Shown here: piece by piece, positions 11,910-21,876 of the stretch | Numbering within the stretch: position 1 is the first letter of the stretch | Layout of the letters: each line of letters begins with the position of its first letter | Assembly (NCBI GenBank): GCA_041690355.1 | Contig: JAWLHK010000026.1 | Coordinates: forward strand, 1-64,000 | DNA: 64,000 nucleotides | DNA from: a bacterium | GTDB taxonomy: Bacteria > J088 > JAWLBW01 | Direction: 5' to 3' | Position numbers and translations under genes: made by a program | The notes under the pieces: model-generated | What the model saw: only the letters and a program-made list of their open reading frames with translations | Told to the model about the DNA's origin: nothing | The model's database searches: none

Positions 11910-13298
11910 ATGCAACGCATCCCCGCCGCCGGGCGCATCGATACCGCCCGGATAGACGTCGACGCGCTCAAAGTCATCCGCCGGCTGCGGCAGTTCGGCT
12001 ACGAGGCCTTTCTCGTGGGCGGCTCGGTGCGCGACCTCTGGCTCGGACGTACGCCGAAAGACTTCGACATCGCCACCAGCGCGAGCCCGCGCCAGATCAA
12101 GCGTGTCTTCTCGAACTGCCGCCTCATCGGCCGCCGCTTTCGCCTCGCGCACGTCTTCTTCGGACGCAAGATTCTCGAGGTCTCGACCTTTCGCGCCCTG
12201 GTCGCGCAGTCGGACGAGCCGGCCGACGAAGTCGACGAGGATGCACCGGAACAGACCGACCTGATCGTCTGGGATGACAACGTTTTCGGCAACGCCGAAG
12301 AAGACGCCCTGCGCCGCGATTTCACCGTCAACGGCCTCTTCTACGATCCCGAGACCGAAGAGGTCATCGACTACGTCGACGGTATCGCCGACATCGAGCG
12401 CAAGATCATCCGCACGATCGGCGATCCCGGAATCCGCATGCGCGAAGACCCGGTGCGGATTCTGCGCGCCGTCAAGTTCGCTTCGCGGCTGGACTTCGAA
12501 ATCGAGGCGGCCACCTACGAAGCCTGCGTGCACCACGCCTCCGAAATCCTGCTCTGCTCGCAGGCGCGCGTGAACGAAGAGATCATGCGTCTGCTCAGCA
12601 GCGGGCACGCGGCCGGCGCCGTGCGCCTGATGTGGGAGATCGGCGTGCTCGAACACCTTCTGCCCGACCTGGCCGATTATCTGGCGGCGTTCGGCAAGCA
12701 GGGCGAGGATCGGCTCTGGCGCACCCTGCGCGCCCTCGACGAGCTCGAGCGCGACCGGCATCCGATCACCGGCGGCATCGTCATCGGCGCCGCCTTCTGG
12801 CCGGTCATCGAGGCCGAAATGGAAGATCCCTCGCAGGCCGCCCTCGATTACGGTCTTCGCGTCGACCACGCCGTCGGCTCGGTGACGCAGAAGCTGCGCC
12901 TGCCGCGCCGCGAATCGGCCCTGCTCAAGCAGGTGCTCATCGCGCGCCGGCGCCTGCTCTCCGACGCCGCGCGCAAGCGCCGCACCCCCATCGGCCGGAT
13001 GCGCGGCAAGGCCTACTTCGCGGGCGCCCTCGCCTTCTGCGAGATGGAGATGCGCGCGGCAGGACGCACGCCCGAAGAAGTCGAAGCCTGGCGCGCGCAG
13101 TACGTCGGGCCCGATCGCGCCGAAGGGCATGCGGCTGAACCCGGGGCCGCGCAACCGGCCGCGCACGCCGCCGCCCATCCGGAAGAAAGCGGCGGCGAGC
13201 AACCCGGAGGTCCCCGCAAGCGGCGCCGGCGCAGGCGGCGGCGCGGACCGCGGCCCGGCGGCGGCGGCGAGGGTACCGAACCGGGTTCCGCCGACTGA
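11910..13298 (+). CDS. pcnB: Poly(A) polymerase I
   Basis: VGGSVRD, KDFDIAT, PAP-specific LIGRRFRLAHV, RRDFTVN, REDPVRILRA; Arg-rich tail. Confidence 0.92.
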   Translation: MQRIPAAGRIDTARIDVDALKVIRRLRQFGYEAFLVGGSVRDLWLGRTPKDFDIATSASPRQIKRVFSNCRLIGRRFRLAHVFFGRKILEVSTFRALVAQSDEPADEVDEDAPEQTDLIVWDDNVFGNAEEDALRRDFTVNGLFYDPETEEVIDYVDGIADIERKIIRTIGDPGIRMREDPVRILRAVKFASRLDFEIEAATYEACVHHASEILLCSQARVNEEIMRLLSSGHAAGAVRLMWEIGVLEHLLPDLADYLAAFGKQGEDRLWRTLRALDELERDRHPITGGIVIGAAFWPVIEAEMEDPSQAALDYGLRVDHAVGSVTQKLRLPRRESALLKQVLIARRRLLSDAARKRRTPIGRMRGKAYFAGALAFCEMEMRAAGRTPEEVEAWRAQYVGPDRAEGHAAEPGAAQPAAHAAAHPEESGGEQPGGPRKRRRRRRRRGPRPGGGGEGTEPGSAD

Positions 13299-13334
13299 GC
13301 GGAATTCCGCGCCGCCCCGTCACTCCCCGGAACC

Positions 13335-13898
13335 ATGGACGATCTCTTCATCGACCCCGAACGATTCGACCTCTTCAGCGAGCCGGCGCTCGCCATGGTC
13401 ACGTTCGGCTGGCTCGCCCTGCTCCTTCTCCTGCGCCGCGTGGCGCCCCGCGCCGGACGCATCCTGCTCGGCCTCGCGCTCGCCGCCATCCTGCTCACGG
13501 CGGCCGACCCGGTGTTCGAATATGCGGCCACCGTCACGCCCGTGGCGAAGCGGCAGACCGAGGCGGTCCTCGAGGCCGGCAGCGCCGATCCGATCCGCGA
13601 GCGCGACCCCGTCTTCGCCCTGCTCGGACCCTACCGGCGCGAGGCCGCCGGGCGTCCGCTGACGGTCATCGACGACCCGAATGGCGAGGGGCTGCGCTGG
13701 GCCCGCTACTACGTCCATCCGCACCCGGTGCTGAACGTCGATCCCGCGGCCCTCGCGACCAGCGCGCCGGCCGAAGGCGAGGGTCCCCTCTTCGTGCTCT
13801 CGCGCGGCATGCCCGCCGTTCCCGCCACGCTGGCGGTCGAGATGGTCGAGCGTCACGGCGAGTGGATGCTGTTCCGCGTCTCCCGGAGCGACCTGTGA
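13335..13898 (+). CDS. Hypothetical membrane protein
   Basis: ATG-start ORF with two hydrophobic segments; host-like codon usage. Confidence 0.6.
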   Translation: MDDLFIDPERFDLFSEPALAMVTFGWLALLLLLRRVAPRAGRILLGLALAAILLTAADPVFEYAATVTPVAKRQTEAVLEAGSADPIRERDPVFALLGPYRREAAGRPLTVIDDPNGEGLRWARYYVHPHPVLNVDPAALATSAPAEGEGPLFVLSRGMPAVPATLAVEMVERHGEWMLFRVSRSDL

Positions 13899-15121
13899 CC
13901 GCGCTCGCCGCCGCATTCGTCCTCTCCGTACCACTGTTCTGGGGAGCCGCGCTCCACCACCGCGGCCTGCACCCGGCGCTCGCGCTCGCCATGGGACTCT
14001 CGCTGGGCGGGCTCGCGCTGGCGGTCACCGGGGCCGTTCTCCACGCCGTTCCGCTCCCCGGCTGGCTGGGCATCCTGCTCGCCGCGGCCGCGCCCCTCGT
14101 GGTCTTCTTACGCACGGGGCGGAACCGGGAGGCGCGCGAAGTTCCCGCGGCCGGCGCGCGCTGGGGGCTCGTGCTGCTCGGCATCGGACTTCCCCTCGTC
14201 CTGCTCTATCTCTGGCTGAACGCCATCCGCCCGCCGATGCTCGTCGGCGCCATCTTCGACTGGTCGGCGCCGGCCCGCAACGGGACGGGGGGCTTCACGC
14301 TTCCGCATCTGCTCTCGGGCGCCTGGTATGCCCTCGACGCGAGCGACCTCGGGTGGAAGTGGCTCTGGTCGGTCTTCTCGCTGCTGCCGCTCGCCGCGCT
14401 CTACGGCGGTCTCCGCGGCGCGGGTCATGCACGCCCGTGGGCGGCGACGGCCGTGCTCGGTCCGCTGTTCGCCTTCTCGGTGCTCTTCTGGGGGAGCAGC
14501 GGCTACCCGGATCTCTTTCTCGCGGGGAACGTCCTGCTGCCCGTGATGCTCACGCGCCGCCGTGAAACCGCGCCGCTCGTCTGGATTCCGCTCGCCGTGC
14601 TGATCTGGAGCGGACCGCTCTGGGCCGGCTGGGGCGCGGCGGCCCTGATCGCCGCCGGTCCGCTGGGGGAACCGCGGTCGCCCGCCGCGCGCACGGCGCT
14701 GGCGCTGGCCGGCCTCCTGCTCGTCACCTGGATCGCCGGCGGCGCGTTCGCCGCGGAACGGGTTCCCCAGACCGCCCTCTATCTCGCCCGCGACGCCTGG
14801 AACACGGCCCGCTACGGTCCCCTCGTCTACGGGGCGGCGGCCGCGGCGCTCTTCTATGCGGGACGGGCGCATGGGCGCATCGGCGCGGGGGCGCTGGTGC
14901 TGCTTGCCGTGCTGATCATCGACGTCACCGGCCGCCCCGGGGCGACCTTCGACATCGCCCTGCGCCTCGAGGGGAGCCGCAGTCTCGCCGCGGCCCTGGT
15001 CGTTCTCTGGGGATGGGCCTTCGCGACGGCGCCGACGGCCGCGCAACGGGCCGCAAAAGCCGAAATGCGCGGGCTCGCCTCGTCTCGCCCGCAGGCGCGC
15101 AAAGCGGAACCGGCCGCTTAA
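13895..15121 (+). CDS. Multi-pass membrane protein
   Basis: GTG overlaps the upstream stop (GTGA); many TM segments. Confidence 0.6.
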   Translation: MTALAAAFVLSVPLFWGAALHHRGLHPALALAMGLSLGGLALAVTGAVLHAVPLPGWLGILLAAAAPLVVFLRTGRNREAREVPAAGARWGLVLLGIGLPLVLLYLWLNAIRPPMLVGAIFDWSAPARNGTGGFTLPHLLSGAWYALDASDLGWKWLWSVFSLLPLAALYGGLRGAGHARPWAATAVLGPLFAFSVLFWGSSGYPDLFLAGNVLLPVMLTRRRETAPLVWIPLAVLIWSGPLWAGWGAAALIAAGPLGEPRSPAARTALALAGLLLVTWIAGGAFAAERVPQTALYLARDAWNTARYGPLVYGAAAAALFYAGRAHGRIGAGALVLLAVLIIDVTGRPGATFDIALRLEGSRSLAAALVVLWGWAFATAPTAAQRAAKAEMRGLASSRPQARKAEPAA

Positions 15122-15885
15122 TCCTCGTCCGAATCCGCCGCCTCGACCGCCTCGGCCAGCACGCCGAGGGCCTCTTCGAGCGCTTCGTAGATGCGCCCGA
15201 GGATCTCCTCGCGGTTCTTCGCGCCGCGTTCCAGGTTCCGCTGATAGAGCGTGAGGCGGAATGACGGCGGATCCCCTTCGGCATCCAGCTCGTCGACGTT
15301 GGCGACGCTCTCCAGCCCGACGCCCGCCCTCACGTCGGCCTCGTCGGGCATGTCGCGCAGGCGGAACCGGCATTCCTCGAGCGTATCCTCGGTCTGCCCT
15401 TCCCACTCGGCCACCGCTTCGAGCAGCAGGTCGTCGACGTCGTTGGCGCTCAGGTGCAGCGGCCCGCCGTACTCTTCCGGATCGGCCCGGTGCGCCCGGG
15501 CGAGCCAGCGGTCGGCATCTTCGGGGCTCTTGCAGTAGTCGGCCACGGCCGAGCGCAGGAAGGCGGCCTCGGCGAACTCGGGCTCGAACAGGAGCGCGCG
15601 ATCGAGATGCTTTTCGGCCTCGTCGACGGCCGCGCGGCGCATGGCCGCCACCGCCAGAATGAAGTGTCCCGTGGGCCACTCGGGGTCTTCGGCGAGCACC
15701 TGCTTCGCCGTCGCTTCGGCCTCGGCCCACTCTCCGAGTTCGGCATGGCACTCGGCGGCGAGCGCCTGCGCGTCAATGCGCTCCGGATCGTCGGGCGCCA
15801 CTTTCGCGCAGAGCTGCAGGGCGCGCCGCAGCGAGCCGGAATCGTAGGCGTCCTGCGCCTGCTGATAGGGAGAAGTCGAGGGCAT
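15118..15885 (-). CDS. TPR protein with degenerate C-terminal zincin-like region
   Basis: Ala-rich TPR helices; LTLYQRNLER motif but no HExxH. Confidence 0.65.
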   Translation of the reverse strand: MPSTSPYQQAQDAYDSGSLRRALQLCAKVAPDDPERIDAQALAAECHAELGEWAEAEATAKQVLAEDPEWPTGHFILAVAAMRRAAVDEAEKHLDRALLFEPEFAEAAFLRSAVADYCKSPEDADRWLARAHRADPEEYGGPLHLSANDVDDLLLEAVAEWEGQTEDTLEECRFRLRDMPDEADVRAGVGLESVANVDELDAEGDPPSFRLTLYQRNLERGAKNREEILGRIYEALEEALGVLAEAVEAADSDED

Positions 15886-15945
15886 CGGTCACCGGGTAAG
15901 CGAGTGACATTGTGCCCCGCCGCGACTGCGGTTTCAATGGGGGGC

Positions 15946-16302
15946 ATGGACCTTACACCGCAGGAAAAAGAACACTGGCGCCGGCGGCTCGAGGATGAAG
16001 AGCGCGACGCGCTGAACATTCTCGGCCACGAGATGGACGATCACGCCGAGATCACCGAGACGGCTCAGGGGAACGCCGACGACGCGGTCGCCTGGGCTGA
16101 GCGCGAGGGGAGCAAGGATTTTCTCGAGCGGCTCGGCGAGCGCGAGCGAAACCGCCTTGACGCGATCCACGAAGCGCAGCGCCGCCTGGAGCACGGCGAG
16201 TTCGGCACCTGCGCCAACTGCGGCGAAGAAATTCCCCGCGAGCGGTTGGAGATCCTCCCCTACACCACCCTCTGCGTGCGCTGCCGGGAAGAGGCTTCGT
16301 GA
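15946..16302 (+). CDS. TraR/DksA C4-type zinc-finger protein
   Basis: Coiled coil followed by GEFGTCANCGEEIPRERLEILPYTTLCVRC. Confidence 0.9.
   Translation: MDLTPQEKEHWRRRLEDEERDALNILGHEMDDHAEITETAQGNADDAVAWAEREGSKDFLERLGERERNRLDAIHEAQRRLEHGEFGTCANCGEEIPRERLEILPYTTLCVRCREEAS
16240..16302 (+). repeat. 63-bp direct repeat copy 1 (3' end of dksA-like gene)
   Basis: Matches 16849-16911 with 4 differences, all synonymous. Confidence 0.95.
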
Positions 16303-16310
16303 CCACCGAA

Positions 16311-16343
16311 AACAATGGTCAATGGTCGATGGTCAATGGTCAA
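16311..16343 (+). repeat. Heptamer array (ATGGTCA)n
   Basis: aatggtcaatggtcgatggtcaatggtcaa; inverted counterpart at 16806-16836. Confidence 0.9.
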
Positions 16344-16737
16344 ACCGGCTTGGGCGCAGGTTTTGCGCGGATGCGTTGTTCAAGGCTTTCAATCCATCCG
16401 TTCAGCTGCTTCCCGATGGAGTTCACAAGTTCGAACAGGTCGACTCGCTGCTTCTCCAAGTGCCTGTACCTTTTGTTACGGGCGACCACGTGAAGCATCG
16501 ATCGGACTTCGCCGGCAGAACCACGAGCGATGAACAGGAACGCAATCAGCTCTTTTGTCGTTCGCCGCTCGAAGCCCTCGGCGATGTTGTTTGAAACGGA
16601 GAGAGCAGCCTTTCCGAATTGCCTCCGCAAGTCCCCTGGTAGTCAAAGCTCTTGTCTCCGCAGAAGGCGAAGGTCTTGTCCGCCAATTCAACGGCAGCGT
16701 TCCAAACAGGCAAATCTTCAAACCGAGTGTCTTTCAT
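16340..16737 (-). pseudogene. Four-helix-bundle protein (23S rRNA IVP/bAvd-like), 1-nt frameshift
   Basis: MKDTRFEDLPVW...SNNIAEGFER...FLFIARGSAGEVRS; frame breaks at a G4 run (16633-16636); total length 398 nt. Confidence 0.85.
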
Positions 16738-16805
16738 AGCGGTTCCTCTTTCGGGAACCATCATGGGACATCGGTCAGACAATGGCTGTCTCGCTTCTCT
16801 CCCCC

Positions 16806-16836
16806 TTGATCATTGACCATCGACCATTGACCATTG
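16806..16836 (+). repeat. Heptamer array (TGACCAT)n, inverted relative to 16311-16343
   Basis: ttgatcattgaccatcgaccattgaccattg. Confidence 0.9.
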
Positions 16837-16848
16837 CGGCTTCGCCAC

Positions 16849-16911
16849 GAGCGCCTGGAAATCCTCCCCTACACCACCCTCTGCGTGCGCTGCCGGGAAG
16901 AGGCTTCCTGA
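16849..16911 (+). repeat. 63-bp direct repeat copy 2 (displaced 3' end of dksA-like gene)
   Basis: Encodes ERLEILPYTTLCVRCREEAS* with no start codon. Confidence 0.95.
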
Positions 16912-17013
16912 ACCAAGCGGGCTACTCTAGGCCGGGCGGTTCTCGCGTTCCCCTTCGATAGGTGTCCGTCAGAGAGAGCCCGCGGCATCAGCGTCCGGAA
17001 AAATCCACGGTGA

Positions 17014-17349
17014 TTACGAAACCTGGCTTCTTATGATCGAAACAAGCACCAAACTTAAAACAATTACGAACAGGAGCAAGTACGCCCGCTCTACCGCTCT
17101 CACCTGATTCCCTTGTCTGGTTAATTCGTCGTCACCAAGTTTTTCGAATGCGCGTGAGTTAAGAAACTTCCGAACAGAGTTGTTCGTTGAGATGGAGTTA
17201 TTCTCGAGGATGCTTGGCGATCCTAGTTCCCGCCAAATATCTTCATGGCGAGTTCGAAGCGCCTTCAAGAACCGACCCCTAACAAACAAGGTGATTACCG
17301 CCACTAGGGCAAGGGAACCAAGTACCGAGATGATAACCACAAAATCCAT
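17014..17349 (-). CDS. Two-TM protein, putative immunity protein of the orphan Rhs C-terminal toxin
   Basis: Starts 7 nt after the Rhs stop with a GAGG RBS; AT-richer than host; N- and C-terminal TM helices. Confidence 0.7.
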   Translation of the reverse strand: MDFVVIISVLGSLALVAVITLFVRGRFLKALRTRHEDIWRELGSPSILENNSISTNNSVRKFLNSRAFEKLGDDELTRQGNQVRAVERAYLLLFVIVLSLVLVSIIRSQVS

Positions 17350-17356
17350 GGTTGCC

Positions 17357-19259
17357 TCACTTGAAATTGATGATCGTACCGCCGTAACCTACGGTTACGC
17401 TGGCGCCTACACCAACCCCAAAACCAACACCACCCGAAACGGAATTGCCGCCTTCGCTGATGGTACCGGACGCTGTGCCACCTACTCCACCCCCACCAGA
17501 AATGGAACCGGTTACATTTGCCCCACTTGACTGCCCTGCATTTATGTCACCTGTGATCGAAGCACCAAAGCCAATCCCCCAGCCAACACCGACATTACCG
17601 GTAACACCATCGCCGGTTACCGAAACACTGCCTGTAGCTCCGACTATACCGTTGCCCGCATTTACTGTAACGGTGACGCTACCATATTCATTGACGAAAT
17701 CGGACACGGTATCTAAGAACCCGCTTCCCTCGTCGTCACCATCGCTATCTCCATCCCCGTCCGAGTCACCCCCGCCACCGAGCCCCGGGTCAGGTTGGTT
17801 TCGTATTGGACATATCGGAACAAGTCCGGATGGATCAATATAGTTGACGGGGTCATTGTTGACGTAGGCGTAGAGGCCTGTGCTTCCACCGGAGAATAAC
17901 ACTGGGTCCTTGGAGGTCCACCGGCCCGTGATAGAGTCGTAGTCCCGCTTACCAAAGCGTGTAAGTTTTGTGTCCTGGTCAATCAATCCACCGGCAAAGG
18001 CAAATGGCTGAAAATCCGGATTGGTGTCTGAAAGGATGTTCCCGAAAACGTCATATTTGATTTCCTGGACGACCTGGCCAGTGTGTGTATTAACCACCAA
18101 GACTGGGGACCCAGACTGGTCTGGGATGATTTGGTAGGCCGTACCATCCTTTACGACATAGCTTGGTGTATTCGCCTGCGCACCATAAATGAAACGACTC
18201 ACCACCTGCCCTCGGCCGTCCAACTCTGCCACGACTTTTCGCTTGCTTTTGTAGAGCCATCCTTTAACGAGCAAACCATTGACTTTTTTCCCAACGCGGC
18301 GATTGTTTCCATCAATCACATATTCAACTGTCTTGGAGACCACGCCGCCCGCATTCCTAAACACCACGCCGAGCAAGTTCCCAAATGCATTGTACGTAAA
18401 CTCCTGGCTTTCCCCTGTAACTGTGTTCTCCTTCTTACCTAACTCCCCATTCGCCGTGTACTCATACACGAAATCGCCATACGACAGCAACCGATCCTGC
18501 GCATCATACGTACCCGTGAACGAACCAAGTTGCCCGCTGTAAGAAAGTCGATTCCCGTTCGCGTCGTACGTGTAGGTCGAAGAAGCGACCCCATTCTTGT
18601 CCACGCCCACCAACCGACCGGCGAGATCGTAGTGGTAGTCGAAGGTCGTGGTGACGCCGTTGACCGTCTCCGTCTTGCTCGAAATGCGTCCGATGGCATC
18701 ACGCACATACGAAACGTCGTAAAGAGTGTTCGTACCGTTAAAGGTCGCCGTGTAGCCGATGGGTTCGGCGAATCCGTTGTAGCTGATCGAATCGGAAACG
18801 CCGCCGATGCTCGACCCCGTAATCAATCCATTATCAGGGTCACGAGCGATAACAAAGTTCACCGCTGAACCGTTGACCGTCGTGTTCGCCCCCGTCAACA
18901 ATCCGTCCAAATCATAAGTGAAGTTCACGGTGTTCGCACCGTTAACCGACTCCGAAGTGATCCAGAAGTTGTTGTCGTAAGTTCTCGATACAGAACCGTT
19001 GACCTCGCCGTTGCTCCACGTCGTGGAGAGCAGCAATGAACCATCGTAAGCATACGACAGCACCCCACCATCCGGTGCTGTAATGTTCGCCAACCGACCA
19101 GCGGAGTCGTAGCCGAGCGTGGTGTCGCCACGGGGCTGTACGATCTTCTTCAGTCGCCCCGTGTTTGGATTAGGCAGCGGAAGGCGAGAGTCGTTGTCCC
19201 CCTCGTAGAGGTACTCCACCGTGACGCCATCAGGTCGGTTCACTGCAACCAGTTGCTTC
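17357..19259 (-). pseudogene. Orphan Rhs C-terminal half (YD repeats, core, Gly-rich CT) lacking N-terminus
   Basis: From KQLVAVNRPDG onward the protein is near-identical to part of 28958-36166; core end YVNNDPVNYIDPSG; upstream in-frame sequence is unrelated. Confidence 0.88.
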
Positions 19260-19512
19260 CACTGATGACAATAGAAACCGGAACCCCTGCTCTCTCCCCT
19301 GAAGACCGTTGTCGAGGGGATGGAGAGTGACCGACCCGTATAGCTGAAAGTGTAGCGACTCCGCCTCCACAAACCGCCGATTTTCGGGCGGAAAGATGGC
19401 CATTCTCCCCTGAACGAGCGGAGCGATTCGTGTAGCAAAAAATGTAGCTACTGGGGGTCAAAAACCCGGCTTTAAGCGTACAACCAGACATTGCGACTAC
19501 TTGGCAGGCATT

Positions 19513-20510
19513 CTATTCTGCTGAGTTCTCATCGCCTGAAAGGTATTCATCAAGTCGCAAAAAGGCTCGCCCCACTTCAGACAGCGCTAACTCATAAGTC
19601 AGTTCAAACCCTTCATCGTTGTCGTATTGAGCCTTGATTTCGTCCAGTGACATACCCTCGAACTGTTCAACGAAATCGTCCCATTCCATCGTATGCATGA
19701 TTACTTCACCTTCAGCGCAGACGCCATGGTGGGTATCAAAAAGGTCTTCGAGATAGAACTCTCGATCCATATCGTCTTCAGGGTCGTCGCCTAGGCTGGG
19801 AAATGAGGCCCACGGAAAGAACATCTGCAACTGCTGCTTCAACACATCAAAACCACCCCACAAAAAGAACCAACTTGACAGCTCGACAGGGGTCTCATCG
19901 CTCTTATCGAGGAGAGAAATACTTCCTCGTGGCACGACTTTATTTGTGAATACGACAAATCGCAAGACGAGTAAGCGCCCTTCATCGACGGCCTGTATCC
20001 ATGGTTTTGCCAGATTGAGACGGAAGAGCCTCTGAATTGCCAAGGGTTCGGCAGTCAACGCTTCGAGAGCTTCTCTGTTCGGCTCGTCGATAACATTCTC
20101 CCGAGGGACTTCGACATACCAGCCCTTGGGCGTCCTTCTAGCCGTTGCCTCTGTAATCTCCTTCCAGTATGCCGTGCTGGAAGATTCGTCGAACAGAACT
20201 ACAATCACTGGCAGATCGTACTTCAGCCAGTAGTCCAAGTCGTCAAGGCTTCCTCGATACCGCCACCCGTTCCCTGACGGCATCGGCTCGTCAAACGCGG
20301 ATGTCCCTGCTTTCACCTGAACACCGAGAAGACGACCGGTCGGCACATAATCTTTGCCCTTCTTCTCGGTGATCTCAATCTGGCGTCAATGCCGACATCG
20401 CGTTTTTCCTGTGGTCGATAAATGTAGCGCAGATTTCTCTCAACCACATACTGGACGCCAGACTGCCCCGTATCTCCCGTCGCCTGCTTGTCAGAAACTG
20501 TTTTCGTCAT
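19513..20510 (-). pseudogene. DUF4365-family PD-(D/E)xK nuclease-domain protein, 1-nt frameshift
   Basis: RPQEKRDVGIDA(Q)IE...LLGVQVKAG...YWLKYDLPVIVV; frame shifts at 20382-20383; total length 998 nt. Confidence 0.75.
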
Positions 20511-20615
20511 GCTTTGGACTTGCAATGGATCAACTCTCACTCATGGAACATATAGCCACACAGCAAGGCATTCTACCAAGCCTTCGCTCTGCTGTGTAGC
20601 TAGATTATCTCTGGG

Positions 20616-21728
20616 TCAGGTGGCCGAAAGAATACCGTCCATCTTCTCCGCCGCTTCTTTCTGCATCGTCGGGAGGACGTGGGAGTAGCAGTTGAGCGTC
20701 GTTTCGATGGAGGCGTGGCCGAGCCGTTCCTGCACGATCCGGGGATGGACGTTCTTCTGAAACAGCAGGGTGGAAGAGGTATGGCGCAAATCCTGAAAGC
20801 GGATGTTCGGCAGTCCGGCCCGTTCAAGGATCGGCTTAAAGGAAGTCACATGGACGTTTTCCTTGCGCAGCGGATTGCCGCGTTTGTTGACGAAGATGAG
20901 AGAAGCATCCCATCCCTCTTTCTGCATCCGCCACTGGTGTTCCCGGAGAACCTTCATAGCGAATGCCGGCAGTTCGACCTTTCGGCGGCTGGTGGGGTTC
21001 TTCACGTCGGAGATGGCCAGTCTCCCTCGTACGTTGGCGAGACTTCTGCGGATGGTAATACTGGCGTTATCCCAGTCCACGTCCTTCCACTCCAGCGCCG
21101 CCAATTCTCCGAATCGGGCACCGGAGGCGATGGCAAGAACGTACAGGGCGTAAAGGCGATTCTTCGCGGCCTCGGTGAGGAATCGTTGGGTCTGTTCAGG
21201 ATCAAGAACAGTCCGGGGCCGATAACGAGGAACTTTCGGAGCCTTGGCATTCGTACAGGGGTTTTCGTGGAGGACGCCCCAATCCACCGCCTGTCGGAGA
21301 GACCGGTGGAGAACGGTGTGGAGATTCTTGCGGGTACGTCTTCCCAGCCCCTTTTCTTCGAGAAGCTGGTAGAAGTCCTGAATGGCGACGGTCGTCAGGT
21401 CAGCGAGCGCCACATGGCCGATGTACGGGGTGATGTGCAGGCGAATGGTGGAGGCGTAGTTATCGACCGTGGTTGGTCGAAGGGTCATGGTGGCGTCCTG
21501 ATGGAGCCAACGGTCGAGGTACTCCCCGACAGATTCCAGTGCCCCGGCACCGCGTTCATCGATGACCGTATGAAGGGCTGTTACCTTGGCCTCGACTTCT
21601 TCGCGGCTGGAACCGTATAGGACTTTCTTTCTGGCCTTTCGGGTGGCGGTCTTGGGGATGGATACAGCACCACACCAGCGTCCGTCTTTGCGCCGATAGA
21701 TACTGCCCTGTTGATTACGTCCCGCCAT
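20616..21728 (-). CDS. Tyrosine integrase with N-terminal arm-binding region
   Basis: GSIYRRKDGRW, SGARFGE, FQDLRHT, RLGHAS, catalytic Y in CYSH. Confidence 0.93.
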   Translation of the reverse strand: MAGRNQQGSIYRRKDGRWCGAVSIPKTATRKARKKVLYGSSREEVEAKVTALHTVIDERGAGALESVGEYLDRWLHQDATMTLRPTTVDNYASTIRLHITPYIGHVALADLTTVAIQDFYQLLEEKGLGRRTRKNLHTVLHRSLRQAVDWGVLHENPCTNAKAPKVPRYRPRTVLDPEQTQRFLTEAAKNRLYALYVLAIASGARFGELAALEWKDVDWDNASITIRRSLANVRGRLAISDVKNPTSRRKVELPAFAMKVLREHQWRMQKEGWDASLIFVNKRGNPLRKENVHVTSFKPILERAGLPNIRFQDLRHTSSTLLFQKNVHPRIVQERLGHASIETTLNCYSHVLPTMQKEAAEKMDGILSAT

Positions 21729-21787
21729 CGATTCGTTACGTGGTTATCCCCCGCTCCCCGGCCACCGGGAAGTATGGCACTGTAGCA

Positions 21788-21828
21788 GTTGAGTCAACAT
21801 GCAAAAAAGGTCTGGACGGTGACTCAAC
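21788..21828. promoter_or_regulatory. Two copies of putative operator GTTGASTCAAC between divergent integrase and repressor
   Basis: Palindrome GTTGAGTCAAC at 21788-21798 and GGTGACTCAAC at 21818-21828. Confidence 0.5.
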
Positions 21829-21876
21829 GGTGGCCCCATTCACAGAAGCGATGGACTGGCATACACTCGAAAGAAG

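Noticed and set aside
16240-16911. Diversity-generating retroelement (Avd-like gene plus TR/VR pair)
   Set aside because: No reverse transcriptase in the window; differences are synonymous and not adenine-specific.
19355-19372. tmRNA/tRNA 3'-end att remnant (ccgcctccaca)
   Set aside because: Only ~10 nt of resemblance; no partner copy or RNA gene seen. It remains a weak alternative att hypothesis.
19260-19438. N-terminal extension of the 693-aa Rhs ORF
   Set aside because: Unrelated to Rhs, non-ATG start, and lies inside the element end; likely a fortuitous open frame, though weak translation cannot be excluded.
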